Shown here: piece by piece, positions 35,915 through 47,056 of the stretch
Layout: each line of letters begins with the position of its first letter
Numbering within the stretch: position 1 is the stretch's first letter
Assembly: GCF_001677475.2 (NCBI RefSeq)
Contig: NZ_CP015229.1
Source of the DNA: Escherichia coli
GTDB taxonomy: Bacteria > Pseudomonadota > Gammaproteobacteria > Enterobacterales > Enterobacteriaceae
Direction: 5' to 3' (one strand)
DNA: 64,000 nucleotides
Position numbers and translations under genes: made by a program
The notes under the pieces: model-generated
Told to the model about the DNA's origin: nothing
Seen by the model: only the letters and a program-made list of their open reading frames with translations
The model's database searches: none

Positions 35915-36117
35915 TCAACCCAGCAAACGCAGGGGCTTTACCGTAAAACATGCTTTTTTCCTGCTTTTAATAAGCATAGACCCTGATGTGTGGGTTAACA
36001 GGCACGCTAAGAATTAGGTATCTCATTGTTAGATAATGATTATTATCTAAGGAGCATTAAGGCTGTGATGAAAAAGAAAAAGTTGTATTGAAAATGACTA
36101 TTTAAGAGATAGGTAAA

Positions 36118-36190
36118 AAAGTGCAGCGTTCAGAAATAAGAAAACCCTTAAGTCTGTGCGACACAGGCTTAAGGGTTTCTACCCCATCCG
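36118..36190 (-). ncRNA. rydB: Candidate RydB small RNA (position inferred from the terminator hairpin and the known sufA-rydB-ydiH order)
   Basis: On the minus strand, AAACCCTTAAGCCTGTGTCGCACAGACTTAAGGGTTT is followed by TCTTATTTCT (hairpin plus U-rich tail). The sRNA sequence itself was not recalled, so the boundaries are approximate. Confidence 0.35.
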
Positions 36191-36400
36191 GCGCTTATCT
36201 CCGGCACTCTCAGTGGCTTAGCTCTTGAAGGGGCGATAAGAATAATCTCATAAAGCTAACCCGCCGTTTTAACACAAACTGCGATTAGTATTATTTTTGA
36301 ACAATATCAGGCGGGTAGATAAGCAGTATTAAGAAGGCCATCGAACCTGGACGGAGATTAATCCAGGTCGATATGGCGAACTTGCGGCATTAAGTCAGGA

Positions 36401-36589
36401 TCAATGCACGCCCAGACGCCAGGCAAAGTAGATTTCTTCTTTTAATTCAGCAGAAGAGAGAGTAAGCAGGTCAGCAAATTCAAGTTCTAGTTGTTTCAGA
36501 CGTTTGAGATATTGGGCAGGTGAAAGATTGCTCTGGTCACGGCGTAAAAATTCAATGGCCAGCTGGGTGGGATCAAGTTGAGTAGACAT
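36401..36589 (-). CDS. ydiH: YdiH, small uncharacterised protein (62 aa)
   Basis: Start chosen at MSTQLDPTQ; the track ORF extends 27 codons upstream. Confidence 0.8.
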   Translation of the reverse strand: MSTQLDPTQLAIEFLRRDQSNLSPAQYLKRLKQLELEFADLLTLSSAELKEEIYFAWRLGVH

Positions 36590-36688
36590 AGCATCCTCGC
36601 TTTTAGACAAGACCTGCACAGTATACCACCGTTTACTGTGCAGATAATGACCAAAAGCAATATGCGTCACACTTTTCTGGTGACAACG

Positions 36689-37099
36689 TCACAAAATGGC
36701 GGTCGTTAATCGTGACGAACAGCACAAACGCCCTTTCTCATCGAAGATTTCAATCTGCCAGACCTGGTGACGCGAACCGAGATGCAACGGTTTGCATACG
36801 CCGCGCACCCGCCCTTCTCGTGCCGAGCGGACGTGGTTAGCATTGATTTCCAGACCAACTACCTTTTGCTCACCTTCGGTACATAAATAACCGGCAACGG
36901 AACCGATACTTTCGGCCAGTACCACGGATGCCCCTCCATGCAGCAACCCGAAAGGCTGCTTTGTCCGCGAGTCTACTGGCATTGTCGCTTCAAGGGTGTC
37001 ATCACCAATATGTTCAAAGCGAATATCCAGTAACCCCACCATGTTTCCTTCACCCATGGCATTCAGTGCTTCCAGGGTGATTTTTCGTTTCCATATCAT
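36689..37099 (-). CDS. menI: 1,4-dihydroxy-2-naphthoyl-CoA hydrolase (hotdog-fold thioesterase)
   Basis: 136 aa PaaI/YdiI-type thioesterase. Confidence 0.93.
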   Translation of the reverse strand: MIWKRKITLEALNAMGEGNMVGLLDIRFEHIGDDTLEATMPVDSRTKQPFGLLHGGASVVLAESIGSVAGYLCTEGEQKVVGLEINANHVRSAREGRVRGVCKPLHLGSRHQVWQIEIFDEKGRLCCSSRLTTAIL

Positions 37100-40000
37100 T
37101 TAATAATCTCAAGTAAAGCCTGCACAGGATGGCGTACCCCCGTGCCTTCAACCCGTTTGACCTGACTACGGCAGGAATATCCGGTCGCCAGACAGCGGTT
37201 ACGCGGCAGTCGCTGCATCGCCTGATGCCAGGATAACTCATAGATCCCGAGCGAATTTTTATGGTTTTTCGCTTCATGTCCGTAAGTCCCTGCCATGCCG
37301 CAGCAACCCACGCTGACATTTTCCAGTTTCGCGCCAAAACGGGCAAATATCGCGGCCCATTGTGCTGGCGCGCCCGGCAAAGCGGTAACTTCGGTACAGT
37401 GACCAAAGAAATACCATGATTCACCGCTGACTGTAGCCACTGGCTGTGAGTCAAGTGCGCTTGCCAGCCATTCATTCGCCAGTAAGACGTTAAACTCGCC
37501 ACGTTCCTCGCCCAGCGCCAGTTTATATTCATCGCGATAACAAAGTACCAGCGCCGGATCGACGCCCACCATTGGCATCCCCAGCTTCGCCACACGGTTG
37601 AGGAAATCCGCCGTCTTTTTCGCCGTCTTCGCAAAACGATTAAGAAAGCCTTTAATATGCTGGGCTTTGCCATTTGGCGAAAATGGCAGTAACACAGGCT
37701 GGAAACCTAATTTTTCGACCAGACGGACAAAATCCGCCACCACTTGCGCATCGTAATAGCTGGTAAAGGGGTCCTGCACCACCAACACCGTGCGCGCTTT
37801 CTGCTCTGCATTGAGAGCTTCAAGCTGTTCCAGCGTCATGTTTGCCGAGCGATGCCCCACCATTTGTTGTTGTAGCGAGGGGACCGACAGCAGCGGCAAA
37901 TCAACCATGCCGATATGTTTTTCCGAGAGTTTGCGCACCAGCGGCTGGTTAATGAAGAAGTTAAAGGTTTTCGGCGCGCGTGCCATCAGCGGTGCGTAGC
38001 TCTCGACCGTAGCGACGAGGTGGTCGCGCAGCGGGCGTAAATAACGGGTGTGATAGAGCTGCAGGAAACGAGAGCGAAACTCCGGCACATCAATTTTGAT
38101 GGGGCACTGGGTCGAACAAGCTTTACAGGCCAGACAGCCCGACATCGCCTCTTTGACTTCGTGTGAGAAATCATATTCGCCTTTATTCGCATGCCAGCTA
38201 TTGCGCGTGCGGGCAATTAACGTCCGCAAGCTGACGCCGGATTCAGGCAGTTCTTGTTCCAGTTTGAGTGGGTCAACGCCGCGATCCGCCAACAAACGCA
38301 GCCATTCACGCACCAGCGTTGCGCGCCCTTTAGGTGAATGAATCCGGTTCTGGGTGATCTTCATCGACGGACACATCGGACTACGGGCATCAAAGTTGAA
38401 GCATAAACCGTTGCCGTTACACTCCATCGCACCACGCCACTGCTGGCGTACCGCAATGGGGATCTGCCGGTCGAATGTACCGCGCTTCACCGCGTCCACT
38501 TTCATCATCGTTGCATCGAGACCTTCTGGCGGGCAAATCTTCCCTGGGTTGAGTCGGTTATGCGGGTCAAATGCCGCTTTCACTTTACGCAGTTCTGCAA
38601 AAAGTTCCTCACCGAAAAACGCCGGGCTGTATTCGGCGCGAAAACCTTTGCCGTGTTCGCCCCACAACAAACCACCGTATTTCGCAGTCAGCGCCACCAC
38701 GTCATCAGAGATTTGCTTCATCAAAATCTCTTGTTGCGGATCGCACATATCCAGCGCTGGACGTACGTGCAAGACACCTGCATCGACGTGACCGAACATA
38801 CCGTAGCTTAAGCCGTGGCTGTCGAGCAGCGCGCGAAATTCAGCAATATAATCCGCCAGGTGTTCCGGCGGTACGCAGGTATCCTCAGCAAACGGAATTG
38901 GCTTAGCGGCACCTTTGGCATTGCCAAGCAGACCAACGGCTTTTTTGCGCATCGCATAGATACGTTCAACACCCGCCAGCTCGCGGCACACCTGCCAGCC
39001 GATCACTCCTGCCTGTTGGCTGGCAATCAGCTCATCCAACCGCACACAGAGTGCATTAACTCGCTCGTCAATCAGTGCCTCATCATCACCAGCAAATTCC
39101 ACAATGTTCAGCCCGAGCATCTCTTTGTCAGGCACATCGGTAATCAACTCGCTGACGGAATGCCAGACAATATCTTCCCGCGCCAGATTCAGCACTTTTG
39201 AGTCCACCGTCTCTACCGAAAGCGCCCGCGCCTCAACCATAAACGGCGCGTTACGCAGCGCGGAGTCAAATGAGTCATATTTAACGTTCACCAGACGGCG
39301 CACTTTAGGCAAGCGCGTAATATCCAGCCGCGCTTCGGTAATAAAGGCCAGCGTTCCTTCTGAACCCGTCAGAATGCGCGTCAGGTCGAACTCGGTCATC
39401 TCATCGTTAAAGACATGACGCAGATCGTAACCGGTAAGAAAGCGGTTAAGTTTGGGAAATTTGTCGATGATTAACTGCCGTTGCTGACGGCAGCGTTGAT
39501 AAACCGTTTTATAGATACGCCCGATAGCTGTATTGGTTTTGCCCAGCGTTTCCGCCAGCTCGACGGGTAAAGGTTGCGTATCGAGAATATCCCCCCCCAA
39601 CAACACCGCCCGCACGCCGAGCACGTGATCTGACGTTTTACCATAGACCAGCGATCCCTGACCGGAAGCATCGGTATTGATCATCCCGCCGAGCGTTGCC
39701 CGGTTGCTGGTCGAAAGTTCTGGTGCAAAAAAGTAGCCGAACGGTTTCAGGTACTGGTTAAGCTGATCTTTAATAACCCCCGCTTCAACGCGCACCCAGC
39801 CCTCTTCAGGGTTAATTTCGATGATGCGGTTCATATGACGGGACATATCAACAATAATCCCCTGGTTGAGCGCCTGACCGTTAGTGCCGGTGCCGCCACC
39901 GCGCGGGGTGAAGATCAACGATGAATAGCGTTCCTGCGCAGCCAGACGGGCGATTAATGCCACATCTGCGGTCGAACGCGGAAATACCACTGCGTCGGGG

Positions 40001-40152
40001 AGAAGTTGGTAAATACTGTTGTCGGTCGACATTGTCAGACGATCGGCATAACTTGTCGCCGTATCGCCGGTAAAACCCTGTTGCTCCAGCTCTTGCAAAT
40101 AATTAAGCACCAGTTGAACGACGCCGGGTGCCTGGGAAATCTGTGGAATCAT
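37096..40152 (-). CDS. ydiJ: FAD-linked oxidoreductase YdiJ with C-terminal Fe-S/CCG domains
   Basis: 1018 aa; N-terminal FAD-binding PCMH domain and C-terminal Cys-rich region; 4-bp overlap with menI. Confidence 0.93.
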   Translation of the reverse strand: MIPQISQAPGVVQLVLNYLQELEQQGFTGDTATSYADRLTMSTDNSIYQLLPDAVVFPRSTADVALIARLAAQERYSSLIFTPRGGGTGTNGQALNQGIIVDMSRHMNRIIEINPEEGWVRVEAGVIKDQLNQYLKPFGYFFAPELSTSNRATLGGMINTDASGQGSLVYGKTSDHVLGVRAVLLGGDILDTQPLPVELAETLGKTNTAIGRIYKTVYQRCRQQRQLIIDKFPKLNRFLTGYDLRHVFNDEMTEFDLTRILTGSEGTLAFITEARLDITRLPKVRRLVNVKYDSFDSALRNAPFMVEARALSVETVDSKVLNLAREDIVWHSVSELITDVPDKEMLGLNIVEFAGDDEALIDERVNALCVRLDELIASQQAGVIGWQVCRELAGVERIYAMRKKAVGLLGNAKGAAKPIPFAEDTCVPPEHLADYIAEFRALLDSHGLSYGMFGHVDAGVLHVRPALDMCDPQQEILMKQISDDVVALTAKYGGLLWGEHGKGFRAEYSPAFFGEELFAELRKVKAAFDPHNRLNPGKICPPEGLDATMMKVDAVKRGTFDRQIPIAVRQQWRGAMECNGNGLCFNFDARSPMCPSMKITQNRIHSPKGRATLVREWLRLLADRGVDPLKLEQELPESGVSLRTLIARTRNSWHANKGEYDFSHEVKEAMSGCLACKACSTQCPIKIDVPEFRSRFLQLYHTRYLRPLRDHLVATVESYAPLMARAPKTFNFFINQPLVRKLSEKHIGMVDLPLLSVPSLQQQMVGHRSANMTLEQLEALNAEQKARTVLVVQDPFTSYYDAQVVADFVRLVEKLGFQPVLLPFSPNGKAQHIKGFLNRFAKTAKKTADFLNRVAKLGMPMVGVDPALVLCYRDEYKLALGEERGEFNVLLANEWLASALDSQPVATVSGESWYFFGHCTEVTALPGAPAQWAAIFARFGAKLENVSVGCCGMAGTYGHEAKNHKNSLGIYELSWHQAMQRLPRNRCLATGYSCRSQVKRVEGTGVRHPVQALLEIIK

Positions 40153-40540
40153 TATATTGACCCTTTCCTGCGGTCTGTGATGTAGGTCGATACACTATTC
40201 TTTCAGGCTGCTGCAATAGCGCACTGAAAGGTGATGTTTGTTTACTCTATGGATTTCGTGTTGCAGGAAGGCGGCAAGCGAGTGAACTCCAGGAGCTTAC
40301 AATAGTAAGTGACTGGGGTGAACGAACGTAGCCGCAGCACATGCAACTTGAAATACGACGAGTAAATCGTTTGCGTGTTGCCTGAGTTGTTGTACCACAT
40401 TTTTTTCTAACACGCCCATCAGAATTAAGGGCAGAATCGGCCTGTTAAAAACCGCTGAAATTGCTCATCATTATGCAGGTGAGTTTCGCGTGTTCACGTC
40501 GCGTCGACGATTTGACGTACAAAAAAGGTGAAAAGTAGTT

Positions 40541-41653
40541 ATGGTAAATGTTCGTCAGCCCAGGGATGTCGCACAAATTCTGCTTTCGGTGCTGTTTTTA
40601 GCCATCATGATTGTGGCATGTCTGTGGATTGTTCAACCCTTTATTCTCGGCTTTGCATGGGCCGGTACGGTGGTTATCGCCACCTGGCCGGTATTGTTAC
40701 GTTTGCAAAAGATCATGTTTGGCCGCCGCTCTCTCGCCGTTCTGGTGATGACGCTGTTATTAGTGATGGTGTTTATCATCCCTATTGCTTTGCTGGTTAA
40801 CAGTATCGTCGACGGCAGCGGCCCGCTAATTAAAGCCATTTCCAGCGGCGACATGACGTTACCCGATCTGTCGTGGCTTAATACCATTCCGGTGATTGGC
40901 GCGAAGCTGTATGCAGGCTGGCACAACTTGCTGGATATGGGGGGTACGGCGATCATGGCGAAAGTCCGCCCTTATATTGGCACCACCACCACCTGGTTCG
41001 TTGGGCAGGCGGCGCATATCGGGCGCTTTATGGTGCATTGTGCGCTGATGCTTCTCTTCAGTGCCCTGCTGTACTGGCGCGGTGAACAGGTGGCACAAGG
41101 CATTCGCCATTTTGCAACCCGTCTGGCAGGCGTTCGCGGAGATGCCGCCGTGCTGCTGGCGGCACAGGCTATCCGCGCGGTGGCGCTGGGTGTGGTGGTG
41201 ACGGCGTTAGTACAGGCAGTGCTTGGCGGTATCGGCCTCGCCGTATCCGGCGTACCTTATGCAACTTTGCTAACGGTGTTAATGATCCTCTCCTGCCTTG
41301 TCCAGCTTGGCCCGTTGCCGGTACTGATTCCGGCGATTATCTGGCTCTACTGGACCGGCGATACCACCTGGGGAACGGTATTGTTAGTGTGGAGCGGTGT
41401 GGTTGGCACGCTGGATAACGTCATCCGCCCAATGTTAATTCGCATGGGTGCCGATTTACCGCTGATCCTGATCCTCTCTGGCGTTATTGGTGGTTTGATT
41501 GCTTTCGGGATGATCGGTCTGTTTATTGGTCCGGTTCTGTTAGCCGTTTCCTGGCGTCTGTTTGCCGCGTGGGTGGAAGAAGTCCCGCCGCCGACGGACC
41601 AACCGGAAGAAATTCTCGAAGAACTTGGCGAAATCGAGAAACCGAATAAGTAA
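40541..41653 (+). CDS. ydiK: AI-2E-family transporter YdiK
   Basis: 370 aa multi-transmembrane protein. Confidence 0.93.
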   Translation: MVNVRQPRDVAQILLSVLFLAIMIVACLWIVQPFILGFAWAGTVVIATWPVLLRLQKIMFGRRSLAVLVMTLLLVMVFIIPIALLVNSIVDGSGPLIKAISSGDMTLPDLSWLNTIPVIGAKLYAGWHNLLDMGGTAIMAKVRPYIGTTTTWFVGQAAHIGRFMVHCALMLLFSALLYWRGEQVAQGIRHFATRLAGVRGDAAVLLAAQAIRAVALGVVVTALVQAVLGGIGLAVSGVPYATLLTVLMILSCLVQLGPLPVLIPAIIWLYWTGDTTWGTVLLVWSGVVGTLDNVIRPMLIRMGADLPLILILSGVIGGLIAFGMIGLFIGPVLLAVSWRLFAAWVEEVPPPTDQPEEILEELGEIEKPNK

Positions 41654-41838
41654 TTTCTCATCAGGCGGCTCTGCCGCCTGATTGTTAACCACCGCTAATT
41701 GATATTTGCTTGCTCTTCCCCATATTTTCCTGCTTACCGCCATTCAGCTGGTAGTACCTGTCGCAAATTCTTTACAGTTTTTAAACTAATGAGACGAATC
41801 TGATCGACGCAAAAAGTCCGTATGCCTACTATTAGCTC

Positions 41839-41944
41839 ACGGTTATAAATCAACATATTGATTTATAAGCATGGAAATCCCCTGAGTGAAACAACGAATT
41901 GCTGTGTGTAGTCTTTGCCCATCTCCCACGATGGGCTTTTTTTT
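41839..41944 (+). ncRNA. rprA: RprA small RNA (activator of rpoS translation)
   Basis: Matches the remembered RprA sequence ACGGTTATAAATCAACATATTGATTTATAAGCATGGAAATCCCCTGAGTG... ending in the terminator CCCATCTCCCACGATGGGCTTTTTTT. Confidence 0.9.
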
Positions 41945-42081
41945 AACATTTTTCCGCTTCGCTACCTCGCCCCTCACTCTTTCCAATAATGTTGCACAAG
42001 ATACTGTGACTCTCTTCAAGCCGTCAGCAGGCTGATAATGTTATTTATATTTTATTGTTTATTTCATGCAGCCATTACACG

Positions 42082-42438
42082 ATGAACGCTTATGAACTCC
42101 AGGCACTTCGCCATATTTTTGCCATGACTATTGATGAATGCGCGACCTGGATTGCCCAGACCGGTGACAGTGAAAGCTGGCGTCAATGGGAAAATGGCAA
42201 GTGCGCCATTCCTGATCGTGTAGCCGAGCAACTGTTGGCTATGCGTCAGCAAAGAAAAAAACATCTTCATGCCATCATAGAGAAAATAAATAACCGCATC
42301 GGCAACAACACCATGCGTTTTTTCCCCAACTTAACCGCGTTTCAACGTGTCTACCCGGATGGCAATTTTATTGACTGGAAAATCTATCAATCGGTAGCCG
42401 CTGAATTATATGCACACGATATGGAGCGGCTTTGTTAA
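42082..42438 (+). CDS. ydiL: YdiL, uncharacterised protein (start chosen at MNAYELQ)
   Basis: 118 aa; the track ORF has a 9-codon upstream extension. Confidence 0.85.
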   Translation: MNAYELQALRHIFAMTIDECATWIAQTGDSESWRQWENGKCAIPDRVAEQLLAMRQQRKKHLHAIIEKINNRIGNNTMRFFPNLTAFQRVYPDGNFIDWKIYQSVAAELYAHDMERLC

Positions 42439-42537
42439 TTTTTCCACAGAAAGGAATTGTCGTTGTTACAACAATAATGAATGGATACTGACACAACATC
42501 GCTACACTTTTTAAAGCACCTTTGCTAAGTAGAACCT

Positions 42538-43752
42538 ATGGAAAATCCCTATTACCCTACCGCACTTGGGTTGTATTTTAATTACCTGGTGCATGGTATG
42601 GGCGTCATTTTGATGAGCCTGAATATGGCCTCGCTGGAGACACTTTGGCAGACTAATGCCGCGGGTGTCTCGATAGTTATCTCATCGCTGGGCATTGGTC
42701 GATTAAGTGTCTTGCTTTTTGCAGGATTATTATCCGATCGCTTTGGTCGCCGCCCTTTTATCATGCTCGGGATGTGCTGCTATATGGCCTTCTTTTTTGG
42801 CATCCTGCAGACCAACAACATCATTATCGCTTATGTTTTTGGCTTTCTGGCGGGAATGGCAAACAGTTTTCTCGATGCAGGCACTTATCCCAGTTTGATG
42901 GAAGCTTTTCCACGCTCACCTGGGACAGCCAATATTTTAATTAAAGCATTTGTTTCCAGCGGACAATTTTTATTACCGCTAATCATTAGCCTGTTAGTGT
43001 GGGCTGAACTGTGGTTCGGTTGGTCCTTTATGATTGCTGCAGGCATTATGTTTATTAACGCTCTGTTTTTATACCGTTGTACGTTCCCACCCCATCCGGG
43101 TCGTCGCTTACCTGTCATAAAGAAAACCATCAGCTCTACGGAACATCGCTGTTCAATTATCGATTTAGCCAGTTATACCTTATATGGCTATATCTCAATG
43201 GCAACGTTTTATCTGGTTAGCCAGTGGCTGGCACAGTACGGACAATTTGTTGCAGGCATGTCATACACTATGTCGATCAAACTACTCAGTATCTACACCG
43301 TGGGTTCGCTGCTTTGTGTATTTATTACCGCTCCACTCATTCGTAATACCGTTCGCCCAACAACATTACTGATGCTGTACACCTTTATCTCATTTATTGC
43401 TCTGTTTACCGTCTGCCTGCATCCCACATTTTATGTGGTGATAATATTTGCTTTTGTCATTGGTTTTACCTCTGCTGGAGGTGTTGTGCAAATTGGCCTG
43501 ACGTTAATGGCTGAACGTTTCCCTTACGCTAAAGGTAAAGCTACAGGGATCTATTACAGTGCGGGCAGTATTGCGACCTTTACTATTCCGTTGATTACGG
43601 CTCATCTGTCCCAAAGAAGTATTGCCGATATTATGTGGTTCGATACCGCCATCGCTGCCATCGGCTTTTTACTGGCACTGTTTATCGGCTTACGCAGCCG
43701 CAAAGAAACGCAGCGTAACTCGCTAAAGGAAAATGTCGCTCCGGGTGGGTAA
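42538..43752 (+). CDS. ydiM: MFS transporter YdiM
   Basis: 404 aa 12-transmembrane protein. Confidence 0.9.
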   Translation: MENPYYPTALGLYFNYLVHGMGVILMSLNMASLETLWQTNAAGVSIVISSLGIGRLSVLLFAGLLSDRFGRRPFIMLGMCCYMAFFFGILQTNNIIIAYVFGFLAGMANSFLDAGTYPSLMEAFPRSPGTANILIKAFVSSGQFLLPLIISLLVWAELWFGWSFMIAAGIMFINALFLYRCTFPPHPGRRLPVIKKTISSTEHRCSIIDLASYTLYGYISMATFYLVSQWLAQYGQFVAGMSYTMSIKLLSIYTVGSLLCVFITAPLIRNTVRPTTLLMLYTFISFIALFTVCLHPTFYVVIIFAFVIGFTSAGGVVQIGLTLMAERFPYAKGKATGIYYSAGSIATFTIPLITAHLSQRSIADIMWFDTAIAAIGFLLALFIGLRSRKETQRNSLKENVAPGG

Positions 43753-43978
43753 TGCAATATTCTTTTCAGGTCATGCAAAATCTTACGGATAAATAACTCT
43801 TTCTGCGCTAACTAAGGAAAATCGCGATCAAAAACAAACTATGACATGCAATATTCCTGGAAACATAAACTTTATGCCATGTACCCAGGGAAAATCATCT
43901 TCAGTATAGTAATTATGTAAACCGTCGGAGAACAATACGTACGGTAACGAAATTATCTTTCAGCAAGGAGCTGTGAAA

Positions 43979-45244
43979 ATGTCTCAACATAAGGCTTTCA
44001 GCACGCCATTTATCCTGGCTGTTCTTTGTATTTACTTCAGCTACTTCCTGCACGGCATTAGTGTTATTACGCTTGCCCAAAATATGTCATCTCTGGCGGA
44101 AAAGTTTTCCACTGACAACGCGGGCATTGCCTACTTAATTTCCGGTATCGGTTTGGGGCGATTGATCAGTATTTTATTCTTCGGTGTGATCTCCGATAAG
44201 TTTGGTCGTCGGGCGGTGATATTAATGGCAGTAATAATGTATCTGCTATTCTTCTTTGGTATTCCCGCTTGCCCGAATTTAACTCTCGCCTACGGTCTGG
44301 CAGTGTGCGTAGGTATCGCTAACTCAGCGCTGGATACGGGTGGCTACCCCGCGCTCATGGAATGCTTTCCGAAAGCCTCTGGTTCGGCGGTCATACTGGT
44401 TAAAGCGATGGTGTCATTCGGGCAAATGTTCTACCCAATGCTGGTGAGCTATATGTTGCTCAATAACATCTGGTACGGCTATGGGCTGATTATTCCGGGT
44501 ATTCTGTTTGTACTGATCACGCTGATGCTGTTGAAAAGCAAATTCCCCAGCCAGTTGGTGGACGCCAGCGTAGCTAATGAATTACCGCAAATGAACAGCA
44601 AACCATTAGTCTGGCTGGAAGGTGTTTCATCGGTACTGTTCGGTGTAGCCGCATTCTCGACCTTTTATGTGATTGTGGTGTGGATGCCCAAATATGCGAT
44701 GGCTTTTGCTGGTATGTCAGAAGCTGAAGCATTAAAAACCATCTCTTATTACAGTATGGGCTCGTTGGTCTGTGTCTTTATTTTTGCCGCACTACTGAAA
44801 AAAATGGTCCGGCCCATCTGGGCTAATGTATTTAACTCTGCACTGGCAACAATAACAGCAGCCATTATCTACCTGTACCCTTCTCCACTGGTGTGTAATG
44901 CCGGAGCCTTTGTTATCGGTTTCTCAGCAGCTGGCGGCATTTTACAGCTCGGCGTTTCGGTCATGTCAGAGTTTTTCCCCAAAAGCAAAGCCAAAGTCAC
45001 CAGTATTTATATGATGATGGGTGGACTGGCTAACTTTGTTATTCCGCTGATTACCGGTTATCTGTCGAACATCGGTCTGCAATATATCATTGCTCTCGAT
45101 TTTACTTTCGCGCTGCTGGCCCTGATTACCGCAATTATTGTCTTTATCCGCTATTACCGCGTTTTCATTATTCCTGAAAATGATGTGCGGTTTGGCGAGC
45201 GTAAATTTAGCACCCGGTTAAACACAATTAAGCATAGAGGTTAA
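43979..45244 (+). CDS. ydiN: MFS transporter YdiN
   Basis: 421 aa from MSQHKAF; paralogous to YdiM. Confidence 0.9.
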   Translation: MSQHKAFSTPFILAVLCIYFSYFLHGISVITLAQNMSSLAEKFSTDNAGIAYLISGIGLGRLISILFFGVISDKFGRRAVILMAVIMYLLFFFGIPACPNLTLAYGLAVCVGIANSALDTGGYPALMECFPKASGSAVILVKAMVSFGQMFYPMLVSYMLLNNIWYGYGLIIPGILFVLITLMLLKSKFPSQLVDASVANELPQMNSKPLVWLEGVSSVLFGVAAFSTFYVIVVWMPKYAMAFAGMSEAEALKTISYYSMGSLVCVFIFAALLKKMVRPIWANVFNSALATITAAIIYLYPSPLVCNAGAFVIGFSAAGGILQLGVSVMSEFFPKSKAKVTSIYMMMGGLANFVIPLITGYLSNIGLQYIIALDFTFALLALITAIIVFIRYYRVFIIPENDVRFGERKFSTRLNTIKHRG

Positions 45245-45255
45245 AGGAGTTAATT

Positions 45256-46122
45256 ATGGATGTTACCGCAAAATACGAATTGATTGGGCTGATGGCCTAT
45301 CCTATCCGCCACAGTTTATCGCCTGAAATGCAGAATAAAGCCTTAGAAAAAGCGGGATTGCCATTTACCTATATGGCCTTCGAAGTGGATAACGATAGCT
45401 TTCCCGGAGCAATTGAAGGATTAAAAGCCTTAAAAATGCGCGGAACTGGTGTATCAATGCCAAACAAACAACTGGCGTGTGAATATGTTGATGAATTAAC
45501 GCCAGCTGCCAAACTGGTGGGTGCCATCAACACCATCGTTAATGATGATGGCTACCTGCGTGGTTATAACACCGACGGCACAGGCCATATTCGCGCCATT
45601 AAAGAGAGCGGTTTTGATATCAGAGGCAAAACGATGGTGCTGCTAGGTGCCGGTGGCGCCTCAACGGCGATTGGCGCGCAGGGGGCAATTGAAGGTTTAA
45701 AAGAAATTAAACTCTTTAACCGTCGGGATGAGTTCTTCGATAAAGCCCTCGCCTTCGCGCAGCGGGTTAACGAAAACACCGATTGCGTCGTCACGGTTAC
45801 CGATCTCGCCGATCAGCAAGCCTTTGCTGAAGCCCTGGCTTCCGCCGACATTTTAACCAATGGCACAAAAGTGGGTATGAAACCCCTTGAGAATGAATCA
45901 TTGGTTTATGATATCAGTCTGTTACATCCGGGACTGCTGGTCACTGAATGCGTGTATAACCCGCATATGACGAAGTTATTGCAGCAGGCGCAACAAGCTG
46001 GTTGCAAAACGATTGATGGATACGGCATGTTGTTGTGGCAAGGGGCTGAACAGTTCACGTTATGGACTGGCAAAGATTTCCCTCTGGAATATGTTAAACA
46101 GGTCATGGGGTTCGGTGCCTGA
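45256..46122 (+). CDS. ydiB: Quinate/shikimate dehydrogenase
   Basis: 288 aa AroE-like enzyme with NAD(P) Rossmann motif (GAGGAS). Confidence 0.95.
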   Translation: MDVTAKYELIGLMAYPIRHSLSPEMQNKALEKAGLPFTYMAFEVDNDSFPGAIEGLKALKMRGTGVSMPNKQLACEYVDELTPAAKLVGAINTIVNDDGYLRGYNTDGTGHIRAIKESGFDIRGKTMVLLGAGGASTAIGAQGAIEGLKEIKLFNRRDEFFDKALAFAQRVNENTDCVVTVTDLADQQAFAEALASADILTNGTKVGMKPLENESLVYDISLLHPGLLVTECVYNPHMTKLLQQAQQAGCKTIDGYGMLLWQGAEQFTLWTGKDFPLEYVKQVMGFGA

Positions 46123-46152
46123 CAGGCTGACCGCGTGCAGAAAGGGTAAAAA

Positions 46153-46911
46153 ATGAAAACCGTAACTGTAAAAGATCTCGTCATTGGTGCGGGCGCACCT
46201 AAAATCATCGTCTCGCTGATGGCGAAAGATATCGCCCGCGTGAAATCCGAAGCTCTCGCCTATCGTGAAGTGGACTTTGATATTCTGGAATGGCGTGTGG
46301 ACCACTTTGCCGACCTCTCCAATGTGGAGTCTGTCATGGCGGCGGCAAAAATTCTACGTGAAACCATGCCAGAAAAACCGCTGCTGTTTACCTTCCGCAG
46401 TGCCAAAGAAGGCGGCGAGCAGGCGATTTCCACCGAGGCTTATATTGCTCTCAATCGTGCAGCCATCGACAGCGGCCTGGTTGATATGATCGATCTGGAG
46501 TTATTTACCGGCGATGATCAGGTTAAAGAAACCGTCGCCTACGCCCACGCGCATGATGTGAAAGTTGTCATGTCCAACCATGACTTCCATAAAACGCCGG
46601 AAGCCGAAGAAATCATTGCCCGTCTGCGCAAAATGCAGTCCTTCGACGCCGATATTCCTAAGATTGCGCTGATGCCGCAAAGTACCAGCGATGTGCTGAC
46701 GTTGCTTGCCGCGACCCTGGAGATGCAGGAGCAGTATGCCGATCGTCCAATCATCACGATGTCAATGGCAAAAACTGGCGTAATTTCTCGTCTGGCTGGT
46801 GAAGTATTTGGCTCGGCGGCAACTTTTGGTGCGGTAAAAAAAGCCTCTGCGCCAGGGCAAATCTCGGTAAATGATTTGCGCACAGTATTAACTATTTTAC
46901 ATCAGGCATAA
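46153..46911 (+). CDS. aroD: 3-dehydroquinate dehydratase type I
   Basis: 252 aa ORF matching AroD. Confidence 0.97.
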   Translation: MKTVTVKDLVIGAGAPKIIVSLMAKDIARVKSEALAYREVDFDILEWRVDHFADLSNVESVMAAAKILRETMPEKPLLFTFRSAKEGGEQAISTEAYIALNRAAIDSGLVDMIDLELFTGDDQVKETVAYAHAHDVKVVMSNHDFHKTPEAEEIIARLRKMQSFDADIPKIALMPQSTSDVLTLLAATLEMQEQYADRPIITMSMAKTGVISRLAGEVFGSAATFGAVKKASAPGQISVNDLRTVLTILHQA

Positions 46912-47056
46912 GCAATAATATTTCGGCGGGAATATCCTCCCCCGCCGAACTAAAAAAAATATATTCAACCGTATTTAATAAAAATATTTCGTGAGTCTCT
47001 GTGCGCTAATTATCCATCTGGCGTAGGGAAAATCACACCTGAATCAGGAATTAACA

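Noticed and set aside
36067-36090. 7-codon mini-ORF (MKKKKLY) with a good Shine-Dalgarno sequence upstream of the suf promoter.
   Set aside because: Too short to evaluate from sequence alone and located in a regulatory region; noted only within the suf promoter finding.
38354-39418. Several plus-strand ORFs of 100-145 aa antisense to ydiJ.
   Set aside because: All lie inside the 1018-aa ydiJ frame and have shadow-ORF composition.
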